From: Octopus vulgaris
Taxonomy: Eukaryota
Length of the DNA stretch: 64,000 nucleotides
Direction of reading: 5' to 3'
NCBI GenBank assembly: GCA_951406725.2
Contig: OX597831.1
Location: 71,362,001-71,426,000, forward strand
Made by a program: the position numbers and the translations under genes. The notes under the pieces are model-generated. The model saw only the letters and a program-made list of their open reading frames with translations. It did no database searches and was not told where the DNA came from. The stretch's first letter is position 1. Each line of letters opens with the position of its first letter. Of the stretch, positions 12,976-26,383 are shown one piece after another.

Positions 12976-13056
12976 AGCTTACCACTGTTTCTGCTATAAG
13001 GAGCTGTGCCCCTATAGTTGAGTGCCAGTGCAAAATTTTATAGCTTCCTCAGAGCC
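12976..13056 (-). ncRNA. Type I hammerhead ribozyme motif
   Basis: Minus strand: GGCU-CUGAGGA-a-GCUAUAA..UUAUAGC-a-GAAAC-AGUG-GUA/AGCU. Intact CUGANGA and GAAA; stems I, II and III formable. Confidence 0.7.
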
Positions 13057-13189
13057 ATAATAATTATACTCTGTATTAATCTGGTGGTTCACATGCTGTG
13101 AAGTATAAGTATATTGAGTTCTAACTACTCATTATATTTGTACCACTCTGGCTAAGCAGAATCAAGAAACATATACTCACATACATATG

Positions 13190-13325
13190 TACATACATAC
13201 ATACACACACATTCATACAACCATACATACATACATACACACATACATACATACATACATACATACATACATACATACACATACATACATGCATACATGC
13301 ATACATACATACATACATACATACA

Positions 13326-13359
<34 letters not shown>

Positions 13360-13368
13360 CATACATAT
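13190..13368. repeat. (CATA)n microsatellite
   Basis: Direct reading. Confidence 0.95.
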
Positions 13369-14171
13369 ATGAGGTGCATTCAAAACTATCCGACTTTATT
13401 TTTTCCTGCCAAAACTAATTGTGCTTGGGCAAAATTCTTTGGGTGAGAGGTAATGCCACCCTTTCTGCACATGTGTCAGTTCCCAGCTGTGTCAGTTCCC
13501 AGCTGTTCCATCTAGAGTAATCATAGTTTTAAAATATGGACAGTGCAAATCTGCAACCTGTTTATAGTTTCAGATGGAAAGCTGTGTGATCTAAGGGATA
13601 GTTAGCTGTTGTTTCTAGCTCATCCCCTGACCACCCGGTACTTTCCTAGTTTCTTTGTCACTATCACGTGTATTGATGTTCTTCGATATTTTTCTTCTGA
13701 TAAACACATTTTATGGAATGATGATGCAGTAGTCCATTGTTGGGATTTAAACAACAACAAGAACTTTGTCATATAAATCTTTAACCAACATTTTGCATAT
13801 AGTCACAGAAGCCAATTTCGCTTGCACCTGACCTCGTTTCAGGTACGCAGTATTAACAAACCACAAAGATGAAGAAGCATTAATGTTTATTGTTACTGTA
13901 ACTGGACTTGATGCAAGTTATCTTGCTTGTCTATGGCTTCTAGGCATTTTAACACCAGGCGAATTCATAAGAATATATTCTCTTATGCTTACAATCACAG
14001 CCTGCCCATGAACTGACAAAACACATACCTTGTGTGTGGGTGTGTGTGTTCAATATTGTTTATATGCCTCAGGCTGCTTCTCATTCATATTTGTACTTTA
14101 TACATATATATATATGTGTGTGTGTGTGTATATATACACACACATATAACACATCTGTGCATATGCATATA

Positions 14172-14620
14172 TCATCATCATCATTTAACGTCCACTTTCC
14201 ATGGGTTGGACGATTTGACTGAGGTCTGGCGAACCAGACTCCAATCTGATCTGGCAGAGTTTCAACAGCAGGATGCCCTTCCTAATGCCAACCACTCCGA
14301 GAGTGTAGTAGGTGCTTTTACGTGCCACCGGCACGAGGGCCAGTTTGGTGGTACTGGCAACGGCCATGCCCAAATGGTGCTTTTTACATGCCACCTGCAC
14401 TGGAGCCAGTCCAGCGGCACTAGCGACAACCTTGCTTGAATGTTTCACATGCCACCAGCACAAGTGCTAGTAAGGCGACGCGGTAACGACCATGCTTGAA
14501 TGGTGTGCTTAACGTGCCATCGGCACGAAGGCCAGCTTGTTGCTCTGGCAATGATCTCACTTGTATGGTATTCTTAGTGCTCCACTAGCAACGAATGCCA
14601 GTCACCGAATTTGATTTCGA
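14172..14620 (-). mobile_element. RTE-LINE 3'-tail-type repeat with internal tandem units
   Basis: (ATC)n TTTAACGTCC..GGATGCCCTTCCTAATGCCAACCACTCC..repeated GTGCTTTTACGTGCCACCGGCAC; an older copy follows at ~15000-15345. Confidence 0.8.
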
Positions 14621-15351
14621 CTTCGATTTTGATTTCATATACATACATATATATACATGCATATGATGAACTCTTCCGTCATAGACAATGTGTGAGCGTT
14701 CAGCTTGCCAGTGATCAAATGTTTGTGCTGCAGACCTTATTTGAACAGGTGTACTGTGTACCAGGTGTCAGGTGTCAAAGTGATTGGAGAGCAACTTCAG
14801 ATGTAGTGTTTTACTCAAGAACACATCATACCACTTGGCCTACGAATTGAAACCATGATATCTTGATCATGAGTACAACATCCTAACCAGTAGGCCAAGC
14901 ACCCTCATACATATCTACATACATATATATATATATACATACACACACAAACATGCACATACATCTATACACACAGAGAAACATGCAAACACATATATAT
15001 GATCATCCTCATCATTTAATTTCTATTTTCCACGCTGGTATGATTTAGATGGTTTGAATGGAGGTGGTAAGCCAGAAAACTGCTCCCAGCTCCAATCTGT
15101 TTTGGTTTAGTTTCTATGGCTTGATGTCTTTCCTAATGCCAACCATTCCATAGAATGTACTGGGTGCCTTTTACATGTCACCAGCATCAGTGTCTTTGGC
15201 ATGTTACCGGCACAGGCCTTTTAATGTGTCACCAGCACAGGTGCCATTCATGCATTCTCAGCACCGGTCACAACCACATTTTCACTTAGCTTGATATGTC
15301 TTCTCAAGCATAGCAATTCACCAGAAGTCCTGGTCACTTGTCATCGCTACT

Positions 15352-15663
15352 GTAGAGCTTGACAAGGATGTCCTGCAAACCCTGGTAGAACAAAATCCCT
15401 TCGTAACTATTGGGTAACTAGCAGAGAAGCTTGGATCTCATCATTCAACCATTCATCGACACCTGTGTGCCATCAGAAAAGACAACAAATTGGGTCAATG
15501 GTCTCCTCACAAATTTTCCGAGTCTAATCGTGCACAGAGAGTGAATGTGTGCTCTTCTTTGCTGTCACGTCTCATCAATGAACCTTTTTTGGATGGAATA
15601 GTGACTAGTGTCGAGAAATGGGTTCTTTACGAAAATGCCAAGTGCTGAAGACAGTGGGTAGGG
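15352..15663 (+). mobile_element. mariner transposase fragment (pseudogenic)
   Basis: Translates DVLQTLVEQNPFVTIG*LAEKLGSHHSTIHRHL..LGQWSPHK..EPFLDGIVTSVEKWVLYEN, a degenerate WVPHEL and IVTGDEKW motif pair. Confidence 0.85.
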
Positions 15664-15896
15664 AAGATAGCAGGTTTACCTGTTTACTGCTGAGAGGTCA
15701 GGCGCAATGTGAAATAATGTGTTTTGATGAAGAAAACAATGCATCAACAGTCTGGGAATTGAAACTACAATCTTGCAATCATGAATACAACATCTTAACC
15801 TCTAGGCCATGTGGCTTTGCACACACACACACACACACACACACTTATAAATCATATTTTCATATATAGCTTTATCCACATATATCCATTTGTGCC

Positions 15897-15968
<72 letters not shown>

Positions 15969-16030
15969 TAGATAGATAAATAGATAGATAGAAAGATAGA
16001 TAAATAGATAGATAGATAGATAGACAGATG

Positions 16031-16064
<34 letters not shown>

Positions 16065-16080
16065 TAGACAGACAGATAGA
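15897..16080. repeat. (GATA)n/(GACA)n microsatellite
   Basis: Direct reading. Confidence 0.95.
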
Positions 16081-16084
16081 TATG

Positions 16085-16630
16085 TTTCTATATTAGCCAC
16101 ACAGGGCTGCACACAGACAGGACGAAATTACAAGGTAGAGCTTTTCTTTTGGGGGTAAGAGAAGGGGGTTTGGTTTTCGATCAAAAGGGATCGTAAATGG
16201 AAAGAGGACAAAAAAGGGGGGGGATGGAATAAAATTTAAAAAAGGGGGGGGGGGAATTTGATCAATAGGGATCGTTATCACAGAAATGTCAATATGAAGT
16301 GTAAAGGGGAGGACAGGTGAAGTTTACCCATGGAAAGAAAAGCCTACGGAAAAGACCATGGTAACCTCAGTCAATGAAGTCACATGTTATAATTCTTTTT
16401 TTTTTTTTTTTTGCAAATAAGCAACTCTCTGTATCAATTTTTACAGTTCATAGAATCATAGTCAAAGATAGATAGATGGATGGATAATAGATAGATAGAT
16501 AGATAGATATTAGCCACACAGGGCTGCACACAGACAGGACGAAATTACAAGGTAGAGCTTTTCTTTTGGGGGTAAGAGAAGGGGTTTGGTTTTCGATCAA
16601 AAGGGATCGTAAATGGAAAGAGGACAAAAA
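16085..16630 (-). mobile_element. Two 3'-UTR fragments of the L1/Tx1-like LINE
   Basis: TATTAGCCACACAGGGCTGCACACAG..GATCAAAAGGGATCGTAAA at ~16091 and ~16508, homologous to 7428-7745. Confidence 0.75.
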
Positions 16631-16959
16631 CATATGTACTTACATATGGACAGACATACAGACAAACATACGTAGATATCTACATGTGCGCATACAGCCA
16701 TGCCATGCAGGCATAGACATGCATACATATAAAAAAACTCACAAATGTAAATATAAACCTATTATTATTAAATTTCTTTAAGTATTTTATTTTCACTTGA
16801 TATTATTATTCCTCCATCAATGAACTTCAACCAACATACTACTTTCCTTATTATCCTTGATTTTCACTCCACCAACCCACCCCAGCCATTTACTCTTCTG
16901 AATGTCTTTTTTTTTTGTATTTTTTGTAATTTATTTTATTCTCTCTCTTGCTCCTTCTG

Positions 16960-16992
<33 letters not shown>

Positions 16993-18326
16993 ACAACTGT
17001 CTATACATATCTTCAGAAAGTTGCCTTCCAAGAACTGTCAATAATGATTACTATAGAAATAAGGTTAAGAGTAACAGCAGTAACAACAATAACAGACAAC
17101 AATAGCAAAAACAACAACAACAGCAACAATAAGGATTTCTTTTGTTTGCTATAAGAGTGAGTAATAGGGGGGGGGTTTACATCCAATCAGTTATGAAAAG
17201 AAAACAGGTGGTGGAAACAGAAAAAGGTATGGAATGTGTCATTAAGGGTAAGCAACATTGGGCCAGCCACAGTCCCTTGGGTTTATGATTACCCTCACTA
17301 CCCAAAATCTAAGAGAACTTTGGCAGTTGTGTTCTTGGCCTCTTTCTCTCTCTCCCTTTCTCTCCCTCCCCCTCTCTCTCCTTCTCTCTCTCTCCCTCTC
17401 CCCCACCTCTCTCTCATTCATTCATTCATTCATGCACTTATCATTTCAGTCACTTTTTCCACCATCATGCTCTTGCAACCTTGACCCACTCATCTTAATC
17501 TTCTGTCATTGCTTTCTCTTTTATTTACCTTAGAAATCTTACCTTTCAGTGACTAAATACATCATAGAGTAGTGAGGACTCACTAATCTAATGGGATACA
17601 AGGTAACCTAATAGAGCTGGTGCCACAATAAAATGCACCCAGTAAACTTTACAAAGTTGTTCATGAAAATGTGGAGCCGATGGTGGTTGTCTTGTTGAAA
17701 ATGTGACAGCCTCTCTAGTGCTGGTGATTGATTAAATGCACCCAGTACCTTCTGTAAAGTGGTTGGTGGAAGGGCATCCAGCCATAGAAATCAAATCAAA
17801 AAGAAAATGTATAATGGTAAACCAACCTATCTTAGACAGTAGTAACTCCCAATAAGCACTGGCTTGGACTATGGTGACCCATCCACCTTATGCAAGCTTT
17901 GAAAAAGTCATAGAATAATAATGAAGATTATGTATATAAATCCACATATTTATTTATTCCTGATTTTTGGTATCCACCAAAAACTATCGTCTAGTAAGGA
18001 AACAGATGTACAGACGGAGATTCAGTATTCTCTCCCCATCTTTACCCAGCCACCATCTTTTCCCCTGTCTTTCCCTTGATGTTGCTGAGCCACTTTGGCT
18101 GTGGTCTTTCCATTATTCTTTTACCAAGAGTCTCTCCATGTAGGACCATATTCACAAGAGGCAGGATGTCATGGATGTCATATGATGTTGCATGACCAAT
18201 GCAGTTCATTTCTCACCTACTTTACTAATGAAGAACAATCTAATGACATAATATCTTGGAAAAGTGGAAGTAGGTTAACGAAGGGATGAAAATGAATGAT
18301 ATAAAAGATCTTTATTTATTCTACTG

Positions 18327-18818
18327 AGTTAAGTTAATTTAAGTTAAGTTAATTTGGCTAAAAAAGCAAAAAGCAAGGCCATGTAGGGGGACATGGAGTT
18401 ATGTACAGGGTGGTGTTCATGCAAAGAGTTCAGGCCATTTCTGGTCAAGAGAGACCTTGAACCGAGCGGCCGTCGGCATCTTCACTATCTCGTCCGGCAG
18501 CTTATTCCACGGATCCGCAACCCGGACGGAGAAAGCCCCTCTCCTTTGATTGAGATGAAATCGTCACAGATAGAGCTTTTCGGTGTGACCCCGCAGCCGA
18601 CGCTCTGGAGCAGGAGTGAAGAACAGCTCTTTCGAGAGGTTACACTTTCCTCTTATGATGTTGTGAGCAAGAATGAGATCACCACGGCGGCGGCGTTTTT
18701 CTAGAGAATAAAGGTCGAGCGTCTTCAGCCTTTCTTCATAAGACAAATGCTTCAGACCAAGAACCATGCGGGTAGCCAGCTTCTGGACTCTTTCGAGATG
18801 ATGTATGTCTTTGAGGAG
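18327..18818 (-). mobile_element. CR1-clade LINE, 5'-truncated 3' end
   Basis: ORF 18564..18866 KDIHHLERVQKLATRMVLGLKHLSYEERLKTLDLYSLEKRRRRGDLI is a classic CR1 C-terminal signature; (AACTT)n-like tail. Confidence 0.9.
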
Positions 18819-19341
18819 TGTGGCAGGCACAGCTTGTTGTTCTGTGGATTCTATGTGTACAGTCAAATACTGTGTGTATTTCTCAGCACCATTTCAGAAT
18901 AGGTACACCATGTCCTTACATGTTGTATGAAAGGACTAAAAGTTTGAAACCTGTTCCTGCATAGAAAAAAGCAAATGTACTATGATGATGATGATGGTGA
19001 TAACAACAACGATGGCAGGGGTAGTGATGTAACTAGTGTTCAAGGAATTCTGCTGCCATTCCAATGATATTTGAAGGAAGAATCCTAGACTGGGTTTGTT
19101 TGTACAAACATCATGCGTACTTTATGCAGGTGGCCGTTGATAAATTTCACTTTTACCATTTGGTACACTTACGTTTGGAATGTGCATATCTGATGAGTTT
19201 TGTGTTTCACCCACCCTTAACAAATTGTGAAGGAAAAGTGATACAGGTTTAGGGTGCTTGTCAACATGTTTAATATTTAGAATCGGGGCTGTTGCTCCTT
19301 GGCTACGGAGGAAGGAGGAATCTTGTAGCAGTTTTGTTTAA

Positions 19342-19541
19342 CCTTTTTATTACCAATCCGGCTGAAACCGGCTCTGGCTCTGTCATAAGTTTTGAATTAA
19401 AATCTTCCACCAAACCTTAGTCACAATTTATATTCCAAATACTAGCTGAATGATAACCAAGTTATTTTACTAAATGCTTTGTTATATTTAATGTAATTGA
19501 AAGAAACAAAGCTTCTCAAAATAAATACAGTAATGAAAGGG
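19342..19541. mobile_element. piggyBac-like MITE, copy 2
   Basis: TTAA flanks; internal sequence matches 46522-46740 with a small deletion. Confidence 0.85.
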
Positions 19542-19889
19542 TTAATGAAGAGAACTGCTGTTATTGCATATTCACGATCATCATCATCACTTTCACCGCT
19601 ACCTGTACCATCACAATCATTACATCCACCACCACTATCATTTCTATTTCTAAGAGGAGGAATGACCCTGCAGAGGGTCTATCAGTGACTCCTACATGAT
19701 TATGATGATGATGATGACGGCAGTGGTGGCATTGGTGATGGTAGCAGTATTTATGCTAACCACCACTATGACAGCAAGCACTTCTCCGACAGGGATGACT
19801 TCTGTGATGACAATTTAAAAAATTTTTTTTCATTTATTTTTCATTTAGCATATTTTCATGATTTTTTCTGTTTTCTCATTTCATCTTAG

Positions 19890-20018
19890 ATTGAAATCCG
19901 TTTTCAAAATCAAACAGTGTTTACGTCCCATTTCTATGAAAAAACACTCAGAAAAGAAGATGATTCATCAAAACTTGTGCCACCTTACAATTCCTTTGCA
20001 CCCAGTGGCATTGCTGAG
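19890..20018 (+). CDS. NAALAD2/FOLH1-like: Glutamate carboxypeptidase II / NAALADase (M28B) family gene, internal coding exon A (43 codons, phase 0/0)
   Basis: Polypyrimidine tract + TTAG acceptor (AG 19888-19889), donor GAG|GTAAAT. Translates IEIRFQNQTVFTSHFYEKTLRKEDDSSKLVPPYNSFAPSGIAE, aligning by eye to GCPII ISII..IFNTSLFE..IVPPFSAFSPQGMPE. Not in the ORF track. Confidence 0.9.
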
Positions 20019-22446
20019 GTAAATATCTTTCTTTTTCTTCTTCTTCTTTACTATGCCAACATCTGAAATACATTACTATATGTGTTTTATTATGCACCAC
20101 TAGCTTAATTCTCATGTTCCAACATACCCAACCACTTAATAGTTAGGTGCCATGGTGTTAATCACGTTTGTTTGCTTCATTTATTTTTGAAATTTCCACT
20201 AGGTGCTGCAATGTTTATTATGGCTGTTTGTTTCACTAATTCTTTGACATTCCATTATGGTATCTCAAAGACTAATGAAGCTTGTAAATCCACATTATTT
20301 TTATCAATGATTACTAAGCAAGAATAAAATATTATTTCTTATATGATTTTATAAAATTTAGCTTCTTTTTTTTTCTAAAAAAAAAATGTAATTTGGTTAT
20401 ATGCTAAGTGAGCTATAGATCATATAAAAGACAAAATCATTGAGAAGGAAATTGAATTGCAATACAAATATGCCTATTTGTAAAAAAAAAAAACAGTGTC
20501 AGTTGCACACACAAACAAAAAAATGTTATAGAAATAGATTCAGACAAGCAATTATAAAACATCAGTTTCTTTCACATAGTGAGGCCTATAATAGAAAAGC
20601 AAAGTAGATTCAGATTATCATCATCATCATCAACATCAACATCATAGTTAGGTAACCCCTGTTGAAACAAGCTTTACAACTCCTCCTTGGTCCCTGGAGC
20701 TATTGACTCTGCACTATCACACCTGTATTTCATTCCCAAATTTCTGATGTTGATACCTGTACAAGAGAACTTGTAACCCTTTTTCCACAACTTGGCTGAG
20801 CTCATCTCTTTCTCTGAAGGAAATTGTACTCTGCATTACCTCACTGCTTGTGAAGTTCTAATACCAGCCACTTATATTGTTTCACCAGTTGCTGTGGCCA
20901 TGCTGGGGCATTACTATAATATAGAAAGAAACTTCCTTTTATTAACTTTTAATATTGGGGAAGATATTACTTTTGGCTTATGTCACAGAATTGCAGACCA
21001 GTAAACCATGACACTCTCTACCTGTTTTAATTTTAATGTTATGAATTTAGCATAGACTGGTAAAATTAGTTGAGTGTTGGCTAAAATTTCTAGTGCTGTT
21101 TAGTTGTATACTCTTATGCTCTGTGTTTGTATCCCACCAACATCTGAGTTATTTTCCATCACTAAGTACCAGTCAAATCCTAAAGTCATTACAATCAGCC
21201 AAATTCTTATCCCACTAAAGTATAGGGCATTGTGAGGGTTAAGAATCACCATTATTCCTTTAGAAGGGTTGTCAATTAGAATTTCAGTAGAGTAATAAAC
21301 AAAATGCCATTCAATATTTAGTTACACCTAAGGGGCCACTTAGCTTAATGATACATAGCATTCAGCCAGTATCTGAGAGGTACAAGGTTCAATTCTCCAT
21401 AGACACTTGCTGGCCACTTTTTTAAAAGGCTGCAAGCTGGCAGAATCATTAGTACAGTGGGTAAGGTGCTTAGCGCAATTTGTCCATCTTTACATTCTGA
21501 GTTCAAATTCCACTGAAGTCAACTTTGCCTTTCATCCTTTTGTGGTCATTAGAATAAGTACTAGTTGATCGCTGGGGTTGATGTAATAGTCTTACCTCCC
21601 ACCACCAGCACCATATCGAAACTACTGGATTTGAACCAAAATTTGAAACCAGTATTTAGTTACGCCACTTCATGCTCTCCTTCCAAATTCCACTGGCCAA
21701 GATCAGTTTTGTCTCGCATCCTGGCTTTTAGAATAGATACCCTGTATCTTTGTGTGATGTACGAGGTGACTAAAACGGTGGCATCAGGAAGGCTTTTCAG
21801 CTGTAAAAACATTGTCCTGAAAAATGGACCTGAAGATGATAGTATAATGATGATACAGCTTAGTTGCACATAAATGAGTATCGATAAAATGTAAGCTCAA
21901 TATAATCAACTGTGTGTGGTCTTGTACCAAAATTTAAAAATCAGTATTCTAATTCCGAGCTGTGTTGATAATGTTGGCCCAGTCAGTTCATTGGAAAATT
22001 CATCAGGAAGCATCTAGTTTTGTTCCGCTGCATTTTGAGTTCAAATCCTGCTAGGAATCAGCTTTGTCTTTCATCCCTCATGAATTTATGTTATGTGCTT
22101 GCAATGTGCTATGGTTGATCCAATCAATTACAGCCCTCTTGTAATATTATTGATTTCTCATATTAGCTCTGAACCGATATGAGGAATTTTAGTATGGTTA
22201 GATTGGGCAGTTAATAATATCTCTCATTTAATTTTATTTTAGTTATTTATTTTGTGTTGCATTCGGTGAACAATAGCATTATTAGTTACAGGTTTCCAGC
22301 AAACCAATCACCGGTTCAATGCATTTCTGATAATTAGAGTGACGAGGGATTGTCCAACTCGGCAGAACAACTACCACGCAGAACATTTCTATTCGAAAGT
22401 ACCAGTTTTCTGGTTTTTATACCAGTGTTCACTTTCTTTGCCAACA

Positions 22447-22811
22447 GGCGCAGGAGTGGCTGTGTGGTACATAGCTTGTTTACCAACCACATGGTTGGGC
22501 ATGTGTCTTCTACTATAGCCTTGGGCTGACCAATGCCTTGTGAGTGGATTTGGTAGACGGAAACTGAAAGAAGCCCGTCGTATATATGTGTATATATATA
22601 TGTATGCGTGTGTGTGTGTTTGTGTGTCTGTGTTTGTCCCCCTAGCATTGCTTGACAACCGATGCTGGTGTGTTTACGTCCCCGTTACTTAGCGGTTCAG
22701 CAAAAGGGACCAATAGAATAAGTCCTGGGGTCGAGTTGCTCGATCAAAGGCGGTGCTCCAGCATGACCACAGTGAAATGACTGAAACAAGTAAAAGAGAA
22801 AGAGAGAGAGA
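22447..22811 (+). mobile_element. SINE family A
   Basis: Family A sequence with two internal deletions. Confidence 0.88.
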
Positions 22812-23819
22812 GTATATACTGAGAAAGATTTGTAAAAGCATAACAGATATGCACATCTACCAAGATATATATTAACATACACTCACAAACACACACACAC
22901 ACACAGAGTATGGCCAGAGCAAATGTTCTTACATAGCTGCATATTAGTATGTAAGAAATCTCCAGGCCCATCTAACATTGCTATAAATGGCCTCACTGTT
23001 TCTCTGATATTGATGGTGATCCAATGTTCTCGATTATATCTCAGCTGTTTTCTAACAGATGAATCATACATACAGCTATATATAAATGACATACATAAGA
23101 TGTCATTTCACATGGATGTATATAAATATATATAAACATATATTGTTGGGGTTGTAGGTCAAAACAGTTACGTGAGACTGAAAGGAGGAATATACAAATA
23201 GACTAGTAACTACGACAACAAATAGATAAATATCTGAATAAACATGTGAATGGGTAGATGATAGAATATATTATTCATGATATAGTTTCAACTGGCCATT
23301 CCTGTACAATTTTTGAGTTCTAATTTATCAGTGGCTGAACTAACTGACTTGAATGAGCTTCTACAATGTGCACGTTTGTTGCATCCTTGATGTCATCTTA
23401 CCAAAACCTGTCTTTATGTATTTCTTTTCTATGTTACCCTTTGAATACTATTCTAGGTGATGTGGACCTGGGATAGTGTTCTATTCTTCTGATATGTAAC
23501 GGTCATTTGCTTCATCAAATGCTGATGTGACCACATTGGTATGTTAATTTGTAAATTACTACTACAGCTGGTTGCAGCTAGTTTGGTCTGGTCAATTGGC
23601 TTGATTAATGAGAGGTTAAAAACCATACCCTCATATGAGCCAAAAGCAGATGGGCATTCTCTTGTAGTTTCAGTCCTGCTAAGCATTGCTGGGTGCAGTA
23701 ATACTGTCAGAAGATGCTGAAATTGAAATCACCTGTCTTACTGTGTAATATGTCAGACTGGAGATCCCAATTGCAAGGGAATATCTGACAGTGCAAGCTC
23801 TATGAAATATTTCATATAT

Positions 23820-24050
23820 ATCATCATCATCTTCCATGCTAGCATGGGTTGGACGGTTCGACTGGGGTCTGGGAGAGCCAGGAGGCTGCATCAGGCCCAG
23901 TCTGATCTGGCAGTGTTTCTACAGCTGGATGCCCTTCCTAATGCCAACCACTCCGTGAGTGTAGTGGGTGCATTTTACATGCCACCGGCAAGGCTGGCAA
24001 CAGCCACGTTTGGATGGTTCTTTTATGTGCCACTGGCACTGGTATCACAA
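23820..24050 (-). mobile_element. RTE-LINE 3'-tail-type repeat
   Basis: Reverse complement matches 8601-8893. Confidence 0.8.
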
Positions 24051-24060
24051 TATATATATA

Positions 24061-24469
24061 CTCTTTTACTCTTTTTCTTGTTTCAGTCATTTGACTGCGG
24101 CCATGCTGGAGCACCGCCTTTAGTCGAGCAAATCGACCCCGGGACTTATTTTTTGTAAGCCCAGTACTTATTCTATCGGTCTCTTTTGCCGAACCGCTAA
24201 GTGACGGGGACATAAACACGCCAGCATCGGTTGTCAAGCAATGCTAGGGGGACAAACACAGACACACAAACATACACACACACACTTATATATATATACA
24301 TATATACGACAGGCTTCTTTCAGTTTCCCTCTACCAAATCCACTCACAAGGCATTGGTCAGCCCAGGGCTATAGCAGAAGACACTTGCCCAAGATGCCAC
24401 GCAGTGGGACTGAACCCGGAACCATGTGGTTGGTTAGCAAGCTACTTACCACACAGCCACTCCTGCGCC
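24061..24469 (-). mobile_element. SINE family A
   Basis: Full-length copy. Confidence 0.9.
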
Positions 24470-24647
24470 TATATATATATATATATATATATTATTATTA
24501 TATGTAGAAAAATACAAACTGGGACAAGAACGTAAGACATTTAGAAAACGATACAAAAAACACGGACGGTACATTCGAAGCCTTCAATCTTCAGTCAAGA
24601 ACCGGATCATCGTAGCAATTTCAGCTGATTAATCTTGATTAATCTGA

Positions 24648-24683
<36 letters not shown>

Positions 24684-25532
24684 ATAGTTACTGGGAAGAA
24701 ATTAATTAATGTTAGTAATAATATTACATAGATAAATCCAAAAGCAAAATTTTTATGGGGGGGGGGGCTCTTACTAACTAGAAGTCACTCTTTAGTTATG
24801 CTTTAGTTTCATACATGTTTGTGTGTGTCTGTAAAATTTTTGGTGCCTAAACTTCTGAACTATTTTTCTATAAAATTTCATACAGAGAGTAATTTATACT
24901 AAATTTTTATTTATTTATGTAACTTGTTATAATTTTTGAATTTATTTAGCTATTTCTGCCATTTATCAAATATTCATATCAAAGCAAATTTTTCTCCCCC
25001 TTGCACATGTATTTTAAAAAAGTCATTTTTAATTCTTTTGAATCTTATTTTTTTCCACTCTAACTGCATTTTTTGTTCTATCAGACATGAATGAATTTTT
25101 CTAGATATTTATTGGAAATACATCTTATATAAATAGACAGTCATAAATGTGCAGTACAGTATTTAAAATAGCGTGAAATTAAATGACATTGAATACGAAA
25201 AAAAAACTAGACTGCTGACCATGTTCAAATAAAAAATGTTCTGTGATCAAATGGACTGGTATTGTTTGATATGAAGTTGAATGTAAAAGTATTTTTGTGA
25301 TGTAGTTGTTAGTTAAAAATAATATTGCAATGACGCTATTATGTTTCGTTTTGCTATTTTCCTTGTTCCCATTCTTTTGTTTTTACTCAAAGAAGGGTGG
25401 TCTCAGCCTATGGCCCTTGTAAGGCCACCCAAACTGAGGAGGTACAACTTAGGTAATTTTCTGTAAGGAACAGATGGACAAAATGGGAGTTCCAGAAGGA
25501 TAGCGGTTCTGGGCTTGTAGAAATTTTAGTCT

Positions 25533-25742
25533 GCTAGCACGCCAGGCGAAATGCGTAGCCGTATTTCATCTGCCGTTACGTTCTGGGTTCAAATTCCGCC
25601 GAGGTCGATTTGCCTTTCATCCTTTCGGGGTCGATAAATTAAGTACCAGTTACGCACTGGGGTCGATATAATCGACTTAATCCGTTCGTCTGTCCTTGTT
25701 TGTCCCCTCTGTGTTTAGCCCCTTGTGGGTAGTAAAGAAATA
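25533..25742 (+). mobile_element. SINE family B, 5'-truncated
   Basis: Matches family B body; an inverted copy lies at 26150-26383. Confidence 0.85.
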
Positions 25743-26149
25743 TATTTAGGTGAGTGAGAGATGGTAAGGTAATGAAAAGCAGATACATTGAGTGGAAGTG
25801 GGTTACAAGGGTTTGCAACACTGAGCAGGACCCATTGTATTAGCAGTTTTTTTTTGTTTTTGTTTTTCTCTTTGCTGCTTTTGCAGATTTCCATTAGACT
25901 CTATCACCATCCACTTCCATTTTTATGAATTTGAACTGGAAACTTGAGTCATAGTGAAATTGTCATTAGCTGATTAGGCGACCATGCCTGCCCAAGCCCT
26001 CAAGCCCTCCACTATGGATGCATTGCAGTTACTCTCTTGATAGAGCTTGGTGATCATGACCATTAATCTTGTAGGATTCCTCCACTCAGCATCAATGTAC
26101 AAAGCACTGTTTGCTCAGTTGAGCTCTTCCACCACCTCTTCACAATATG

Positions 26150-26383
26150 CCTATTTCTTTACTACCCACAAGGGGCTAAACACAGAGGGGACAAACAAGG
26201 ACAAACAAACGGATTTAGTCGATTACATCGACCCCAGTGCATAACTGGTACTTAATTTATTGACCCCAAAAGGATGAAAGGCAAAGTCGACCTCGGCGGA
26301 ATTTGAACTCAGAACGTAATGGTAGACGAAATACGGCTACACATTTCGCCCGGTGTGCTAACGTTTCTGCCAGTTCGCCGCCT
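26150..26383 (-). mobile_element. SINE family B, full-length monomer
   Basis: Head GGCGGCGAACTGGCAGAAACG to tail GTAGTAAAGAAATAG on the minus strand. Confidence 0.88.

Noticed and set aside
13560-14030. Unique-looking stretch as a missing GCPII exon or nested gene
   Set aside because: Frames I translated show no GCPII or other recognisable similarity, and no coherent splice pair.
19185-19245. CTGATGA..GAAA as a hammerhead (similar case at 63426)
   Set aside because: Stems I-III cannot be formed convincingly.
23380-23800. Possible decayed RT fragment on the minus strand (similar hints at 25860-26150 and mariner-like bits at 13369, 30190 and 41170)
   Set aside because: Too degenerate to assign without a profile search.
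24505-24650. TA-flanked fragment with minus-strand CTGAAGA as another hammerhead
   Set aside because: No correctly placed GAAA or stem I/III pairing; may be a PLE tail but unsupported.
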